The notes under the pieces are model-generated. The model saw nothing but the letters and a program-made list of their open reading frames with translations. It had not been told where the DNA came from and ran no database searches. A stretch of 64,000 nt of DNA from contig JBCCWC010000007.1 of NCBI GenBank assembly GCA_039194325.1, forward strand, positions 64,001-128,000, given 5' to 3'. Below are positions 59,001-64,000 of this stretch, piece by piece; positions within the stretch are counted from its first letter, which is position 1; every line of letters begins with the position of its first letter. Origin of the DNA: Myxococcota bacterium (GTDB lineage: Bacteria; Myxococcota_A; Polyangia; Nannocystales; Nannocystaceae). The translations under genes were made by a program, and so were the position numbers.

Positions 59001-59873
59001 GGCACAAGCGCGATCGTTCCCGGGGAGGTCGACCTCAGCTTCTCCAAGCTGGGGGTCCTCGAGATCTCCTGCCACCAGAGCGGCGGCATCAATCTCGGCC
59101 GCACGAGCATCGACATGCTGACCGTGCAGGTGCACGAGCAAGACTACCCACGCCCGATAAGCCTCCTGCACGCTGACATTCGATGGTGGCAATTTCGGCA
59201 CGGCGAGACCACGTCCTCCGACAACGCCGATGACTACATCCAGCTGCTAGCGGGCGACGAGCACAAGCAGATCGACACCTGGTGGTCGGTCGAGAACGGG
59301 CTTCAGAGTCGCGGCATGGAACACGAGGCCGACCAGATCCACAAGCAGATGCGCCGATGGCTACGCAGCCAGCGGGCCCGGTCCGCACGGCAGCACCGTG
59401 GATTCGCCCGCGGGATCTCCACGGCGAAGCTGTGGCGCCAGGCGGTTTGGGACTGGCTGACCGACTCACAGACCAACCCCGCCCGCCTCATCGTGGTGGT
59501 CATCGTCTGGTTCATGGTCAGCTCCATGATCTTTTCGCTCCCGGAGAACATGGGTCCTACCGAGGAGGCACTGGCCGCCACGGTCGATACGGTGGGCGAC
59601 GACGAGAACCCGGAGGACTGGGGGCTCTTCTCCGGCGTCGCCGTCGCGCTACGTCACCACTTCCCGGTCGCGAGCTTCACCGCGGTCGACGACTGGGAAC
59701 CTCGCACGGATACGGCGCTCACGGTGTGGCGAGACGACAAAGGACACCGATGGCAGGCTCGGATGTTCACCCCCGATGGCTACGCGAACATGGTGTCTGC
59801 GCTGCACTGGATCATCCTCCCCATCATCTTGCTGATCACGTCGCACAAGTATTTGCGGCGGTTCCAGACTTAG
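56040..59873 (+). CDS. Large multidomain protein: duplicated N-terminal domain, pentapeptide/beta-solenoid repeats, C-terminal 2TM module
   Basis: Repeated xxxGxLxLxxAxI units; TM-(ALRHHFP)-TM C-terminus. Confidence 0.8.
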   Translation: MINPKRFPKDEILRAFTQSMAGDQSEPVQLVDPTIIAAQSCRFVRANTRLVKIEYRTSPRRAVVMVWVLVDLSTLHIIPLTFENWAQFAREGAQYLNLDEHSALDYARTMHHLTGVCFIEAIDDVEWFSPLMLEEREALRQKLREHPPKVVEASASSVRLEWCTLDGDELKRTRWDLVLENKSDIGNMHYAGELIPANDEPPTVILSGLPINYRPPPGTRPFIVSEQAPTDDDGWQEVGAQEAHLIIRDINRQITPLIDAKRSTMRRKRLHWYDIDLLKLETRGADTPVHEILWNKGLAVALDGTAAPFHRLNDRRRAEQNWALTSVHHALEYLIFFSNHLWGSPEAGPFEIVSTPEHRCFTEADPDSVAMAPGAELEQVKAEIAPPTIERQEDGFTCADAHVFCNSALFRVTFQIDEDALVMMTSDEPLMVCRPATRESWTPPPPPQTTSRWSRGDTYRVISGAEFTEELISRDQDLNTHRIELKNCIVWGRVSLAGVDFRKGIELHGCRFRGPVDLRSTRFKEYDFIGCSFEGGLTLQRAEDGSVTLRDTVVLAGVDDGPFSRLSLNESSISSLSIVQSHCAADLDARWIRTKANAYIAGQMLADVDFSRAVVDGSFGLGCDESYELGIQIGGTLYLDNTRAESVEIYGSEINGGISFQHALIKQSIAISGYLEDSRFRPLRVGADLGLDPEGPDKAGARPVGLNLYGTLVEHNYIIFRGIDVCGTVRGDFINVGTGLFIDSSGADIVNHIDGDLELGGAHMQKILRIDQLEVTGSVYARQIETQRLSFAVGHWRDHGTSTEQAGSRFPVKIGGSLSLVGAKFTGEVCMAGVDVGASGDGDGSAATSLDLHGAQIGGTLMFYVPSGDDRLRRQDGTFASTRGLSSRFDRGIKLSGTIVNGDIVLSHVDVRDGAINLRDSEINRDITLTRHDEQEPATAGALVLDGVECLGSIDLTGLELERSDADSGRILGRNLAVRKQLSLAKEGTSAIVPGEVDLSFSKLGVLEISCHQSGGINLGRTSIDMLTVQVHEQDYPRPISLLHADIRWWQFRHGETTSSDNADDYIQLLAGDEHKQIDTWWSVENGLQSRGMEHEADQIHKQMRRWLRSQRARSARQHRGFARGISTAKLWRQAVWDWLTDSQTNPARLIVVVIVWFMVSSMIFSLPENMGPTEEALAATVDTVGDDENPEDWGLFSGVAVALRHHFPVASFTAVDDWEPRTDTALTVWRDDKGHRWQARMFTPDGYANMVSALHWIILPIILLITSHKYLRRFQT

Positions 59874-60011
59874 GGAGGTCGGCGGGTCGACGGCGCATCG
59901 CGTTTCACGGGGCGACGCACGCGACTGTGTTCGCCACTCGAATGCCCCTACGACGTCGACGACGTGAGCCGCGCTTCGCTCGAGCGCGGCCTCGCGCCAA
60001 CTCCGACTTCG

Positions 60012-60416
60012 TTACACCGAGAACGAGGACCCGCAGCCGCAGCTGCCGGTGGTGTTGGGGTTGTTGAACTTGAAGCCCGCCCCCTGCAGACCCTCGACGT
60101 AGTCGATGGTGGTGCCCATCAGGTACATGAAGCTCATCTGGTCGGCGACCAGCTTGACCTCGTTGCTCTCGAACACGTAGTCGCCTTCGGCGTGCTCGTC
60201 GAAGTAGAGGTCGTACTGGAAGCCGGAGCAGCCGCCGCCCATCACCTTCACGCGCAGCGCAAAATGAAGATCGATGGACTCGGCCTCGCGGATCTCCCGG
60301 ACCTTGTCGGCGGCCACCTCGGTCAGCGCCAAAGCCCCGGCCATGGCCGGATCGGTGATCGCCTCGGGCATCGACTTGGGCTGGGTCTCGATCGAAGGAG
60401 CGGTCTCGGTTTCCAT
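60012..60416 (-). CDS. Fe-S cluster carrier, HesB/IscA/ErpA family
   Basis: GGGCSGFQY, NPNTTGSCGCGSSF. Confidence 0.95.
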   Translation of the reverse strand: METETAPSIETQPKSMPEAITDPAMAGALALTEVAADKVREIREAESIDLHFALRVKVMGGGCSGFQYDLYFDEHAEGDYVFESNEVKLVADQMSFMYLMGTTIDYVEGLQGAGFKFNNPNTTGSCGCGSSFSV

Positions 60417-60629
60417 GGAACGCACGTCACTTTCAGGCACCGCGCTTAGGGCGCCCTGTCTGGGATCCAAACCTGACGTTAGGGAAGATGCGACCCCGGG
60501 GGTCCTCGGTCAAGCCGAACACCCGTTTGGGGCCTCACGCGGTAGATCCGGGCGTCAGAGGCGCCCGCCGGGTACCGGCCCGGTGGTGGTTTGACACAGG
60601 CCGGCGCCGGCGCCTACGTTGACGAAGAA

Positions 60630-62201
60630 ATGTCGGCCAGTGTCGTGAAATCTCGGAGCTTTAGCACCTCTTCGGCGCTTTTGGGACTGACGCTGGGGCT
60701 CGGCCTCGGGCTGGGGGCGACCGGCTGTGACAGCCGCTCCGACGCGATGAGCCGACAGGTCGAGGGTTTCGACAAGACCAAGGCCAAGGACAAGGCCGAG
60801 CTGCCCGAGAAGGTCCCGCCGCACCCCCTGCGGGAAAAGCTGATGCCGGTCCTGTCCAAGCTCTATCCGCTCAACGAGCCGCCGGGGGTGGTCGACGGGG
60901 GGGTGGAGGCCGAGGGCGAGTACAAGTACGAGCTCAAGGCCGGCGTGCTGGCGGTGATCCGGCTGCCTTCGGGGCTGTCGCAAGACGCCAAGATCAAGGC
61001 GATCGTGCAGGGCACGGCCGAGGCCGACGCGTGGGCCTACCGCAAGACAGCCCGCCGCGAGTACGCCGATCTGGTCAACCGGGTCAAGAACGGCTACGGC
61101 AAGGATCAGCGCGACAAGATCCTCAAGGCCTACGCGGAGCTGCGGATGCTCCAGTACTTCAACGGCGAGTCGGCCAAGGCCGACGTCGACGCGCTGCCCG
61201 GTGACGTCAAGGCGCCGGTGGAGCAGCTGCGCCAGTACTACGTCGACAACAAGGAGAAGGTCTGGGACGAGTGGATGGCGGTCAAGATGTACGCCCGCCG
61301 CGTGGTGGCCGGCGACGATCCGTTCCGCGGGGTGCTCCGCGACATCCGCAAGGAGCTGGGCAAGGAGGAGCCGCCGCCGCGCACCTGGGAGGAGTCGTTC
61401 GCGACGCCGGCCTTCAAGACATGGGGCGCCGAGATCCGCAAGGACGAGAAGTTGCTGAGCATGCTGCTCAACCAACGCGAGATGAAGGAGCGCGAGGCGC
61501 TGCTGAGCGACACCCACTCGCTGTGGGTCGTGGAGGGCACGGCGGAGGTCCCCAAGAAGGCGGCCAAGGTCAAGATCGACAAGGATCTCGGCTTTGGAGT
61601 GGTGCGCGAGGATCTGGGCGGTGGCTACAACGACCTGACCTTCGTGTTCTCCAAGAAGCTCTCGGGGCCCGCGCTCAAGAAGGCGTTCTTGCGCTCGATC
61701 ATCTACGGCCACATGCTCAGCGACTTCCAGATGCTGGCCACCGCCGGCTCCGACTTCGCCAAGCGGGACGCCGACAACGTGATCGACTCGACCACCTCGG
61801 TGGTACCCGACAAATACGACCCGCTCTACGCCCGCTGCGGCTCGGGGGCGGCGATCGACACCTTCATCAACAACTACAAGGACGAGTTCCCGATCCTCGA
61901 GGGGCTGCCCGCGGCCACGGTGCCGGAGAAGATCCTGGGTGATGCGCACCAGTGCGTAATCGACGGGGCCCGCGGCGAGATCCACATCCCGGCCAAGGAC
62001 GACGAGAAGGACGTGGAAGGCCCGGCCCCGGGCAGCCGGCTGGCGATCTATCAGATGCTGGCCCGCTTCGAGAACATGGACGCCGACGTGGCGGCCATGG
62101 GCCAGGACAAGCGCACCGCCGAGGACGACGTGATCGACGAAGGCGAGGCGATCCTCCAGGCGATCAAGGCCAAGGAGAACGAGGGCAAGGGGATCAAGTA
62201 G
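60630..62201 (+). CDS. Lipoprotein, hypothetical
   Basis: ATGC lipobox; very strong GC3 bias. Confidence 0.8.
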   Translation: MSASVVKSRSFSTSSALLGLTLGLGLGLGATGCDSRSDAMSRQVEGFDKTKAKDKAELPEKVPPHPLREKLMPVLSKLYPLNEPPGVVDGGVEAEGEYKYELKAGVLAVIRLPSGLSQDAKIKAIVQGTAEADAWAYRKTARREYADLVNRVKNGYGKDQRDKILKAYAELRMLQYFNGESAKADVDALPGDVKAPVEQLRQYYVDNKEKVWDEWMAVKMYARRVVAGDDPFRGVLRDIRKELGKEEPPPRTWEESFATPAFKTWGAEIRKDEKLLSMLLNQREMKEREALLSDTHSLWVVEGTAEVPKKAAKVKIDKDLGFGVVREDLGGGYNDLTFVFSKKLSGPALKKAFLRSIIYGHMLSDFQMLATAGSDFAKRDADNVIDSTTSVVPDKYDPLYARCGSGAAIDTFINNYKDEFPILEGLPAATVPEKILGDAHQCVIDGARGEIHIPAKDDEKDVEGPAPGSRLAIYQMLARFENMDADVAAMGQDKRTAEDDVIDEGEAILQAIKAKENEGKGIK

Positions 62202-62352
62202 CCGCAGTATTCGACCGGATCCACACGAATTCGGGCGGCTCCGGGAGTTCCCGTTGCCCCGGGTTACCCCCAGGCGACCATGGGAGGCGACCATGGGAGC
62301 GAGGGCGGTCTGATGCGGATGCTACGAACCGGTGTAGTGCTCACGATCGGCC

Positions 62353-63270
62353 TTGGCCTTCGAGCACACCGGCGCGGTGTTCGATGACTCGGGCAACCTG
62401 CTGTGGGACTCGGGCGATTCGATCGACTTCAGCATCGGCTCGCTGGTCACCGCCGCCGATCTCGACGACGACGGGGATCTCAAGGTGATCCACGGCGCCA
62501 CCGCCTACCACCACGACGGCTCGCTCTACTACAGCACCCCGCTCCAGCCGGGCTTCCCCCACGTGGCGAAATTCGACGGCGACGCGAGCCCCGAGATCAT
62601 CGTGATGAATGGCGACGGCATCAACATGCTGGAGCACGACGGCAGCATCGTATGGCAAGGGCAGCGGCCCACCGGCGATCCGGCCAATCCCTTCACCGTG
62701 TGGCTCAAGCCGGAGACCGTGCACGACTTCGACGGCGACGGGATCTCCGAGTTCGCGACCGGCTCGGCCAACAACTACGCCGCCTACGAGATCACGCCGG
62801 CGGGCCCAACGATCATCTGGCAGGCTCCGGTGCTCGACCAAAGCGGCTCGGCCGGCGGCACCGCCTTCGATTTCGACGGCGACGGGATCGCCGAGGCGAT
62901 GTACGCGGACGAGACCCAGCTGTTCGTGTTCGACGGCACGGGCATGCCCCTGCTCACCGCCCCCCGACAGAGCGGCACCGGGCTGGAGTACCCCGTGGTG
63001 GCCGACATCGACAACGATGGCTCGGCCGAGATCGTGGTGGTCTCCAACTTCCAGACGGGCATGGGCTCCCCGACGGTCCAGGCGATCCGCGACGTGCAAG
63101 ATCGGTGGATCCAGGCCCGCCGGATCTGGAACCAGCACACCTACCATGTCTCGAATGTTCGGGAGGATGGCACGATCCCCACAACCGAGACCCAATCGTG
63201 GCAGCAGCTCAACACCTTTCGTACCAACGCACAGATCGAAGGCGGAGGGATCTGCCAACCGGCGGGCTGA
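62353..63270 (+). CDS. FG-GAP/VCBS repeat beta-propeller, probably N-terminally truncated
   Basis: DLDDDG, DFDGDG x2, EYPVVADIDNDG, WNQHTYH; no signal peptide. Confidence 0.75.
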   Translation: MAFEHTGAVFDDSGNLLWDSGDSIDFSIGSLVTAADLDDDGDLKVIHGATAYHHDGSLYYSTPLQPGFPHVAKFDGDASPEIIVMNGDGINMLEHDGSIVWQGQRPTGDPANPFTVWLKPETVHDFDGDGISEFATGSANNYAAYEITPAGPTIIWQAPVLDQSGSAGGTAFDFDGDGIAEAMYADETQLFVFDGTGMPLLTAPRQSGTGLEYPVVADIDNDGSAEIVVVSNFQTGMGSPTVQAIRDVQDRWIQARRIWNQHTYHVSNVREDGTIPTTETQSWQQLNTFRTNAQIEGGGICQPAG

Positions 63271-63359
63271 AGGGCTGAGCCTCACGCACAGCCACGCTCC
63301 ACCCGTGACGGCATGGGGGTTGAGGTGCGCTCCCCGGGCGCGGCTATACTCCACCCGCG

Positions 63360-64000
63360 ATGGTCCGGACTCACGACTTTTCGATGCGCTACGGCCCATG
63401 GGCGGTGGTCGCTGGAGCGTCGGAGGGGCTCGGGGCCGCCTTCGCCACTGCGCTGGCCCGGCGCGGGTCGAACCTGGTGCTGCTGGCCCGACGCGCTCGC
63501 GAGCTGGAGGGGGTGGCCGAGCGGCTGCGGCGTGACTACGATGTGGAGGTCCGCCCGGTGGTCTTCGATCTTGCCCGGCCCGACCTCGAGCACACGCTAC
63601 GCCAGACCACCGCGCTGCTCGACGTGGGGGTGGCGATCTACAACGCCGCGTATGCGCCGGTCGGCGAGCTCATCGATCAAGAGCCGCAGGCCCTGCGCGC
63701 GGTGGTCGACGTCAACGTCCACGGCCCGGTGGCGTTCGCCCGAGCGCTCACGCCGGCCATGGCCGCCCGAGGGCGCGGGGCGCTGGTGCTGATGTCGTCG
63801 CTCGCGGGCCTGCAAGGCACGCCAAGGCTGGCGACCTACGCGGCGAGCAAGGCGTTCAACATCACGCTCGCCGAGAGCCTGTGGGTCGAGCTGCGCCCGC
63901 ACGGGGTGAAGGTGGTGGCGTCGTGCGCCGGGGCGATCCGTACCCCGGGCTACGCCGAGGTGTCGCGCCGCGAAGCCCCCGGAACGCTCGACGCCAAGGA
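63360..64000 (+). CDS. Short-chain dehydrogenase/reductase, 3'-truncated by window edge
   Basis: YGPWAVVAGASEGLG, YNAA, MSS, YAASK. Confidence 0.9.
   Translation, partial: MVRTHDFSMRYGPWAVVAGASEGLGAAFATALARRGSNLVLLARRARELEGVAERLRRDYDVEVRPVVFDLARPDLEHTLRQTTALLDVGVAIYNAAYAPVGELIDQEPQALRAVVDVNVHGPVAFARALTPAMAARGRGALVLMSSLAGLQGTPRLATYAASKAFNITLAESLWVELRPHGVKVVASCAGAIRTPGYAEVSRREAPGTLDAK

Overview
High-GC myxobacterial chromosome segment; the many Cys-rich lipoproteins, ECF sigma/Ser-Thr kinase pair, DUF1501 operon, CglB-like VWA protein and sterol cycloisomerase suggest Nannocystaceae (inferred). It holds about 50 genes and no intact mobile element or CRISPR array. The standout non-coding feature is a minus-strand array at 8.46-8.88 kb made only of atypical tRNA-Pro genes (CGG, GGG, CGG, TGG, plus a 5'-half remnant). 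It arose by a 203-bp duplication with an anticodon switch and shows A37, C33, short D-loops and mostly no encoded CCA. Other highlights: an orphan HAE/CxxC nucleic-acid-deaminase-like gene beside a truncated psuG; a GGPPS plus UbiA-type terpene cyclase cassette flanked by two VNTRs; a plant-type cycloeucalenol cycloisomerase; a phage-like nucleotidyltransferase module; an oversized MoxR/RavA-VWA pair; a tipA-like gene with a complete MerR promoter and internal start; and at least seven deletion-eroded gene relics. All family calls come from motif recognition by eye; no database searches were run.
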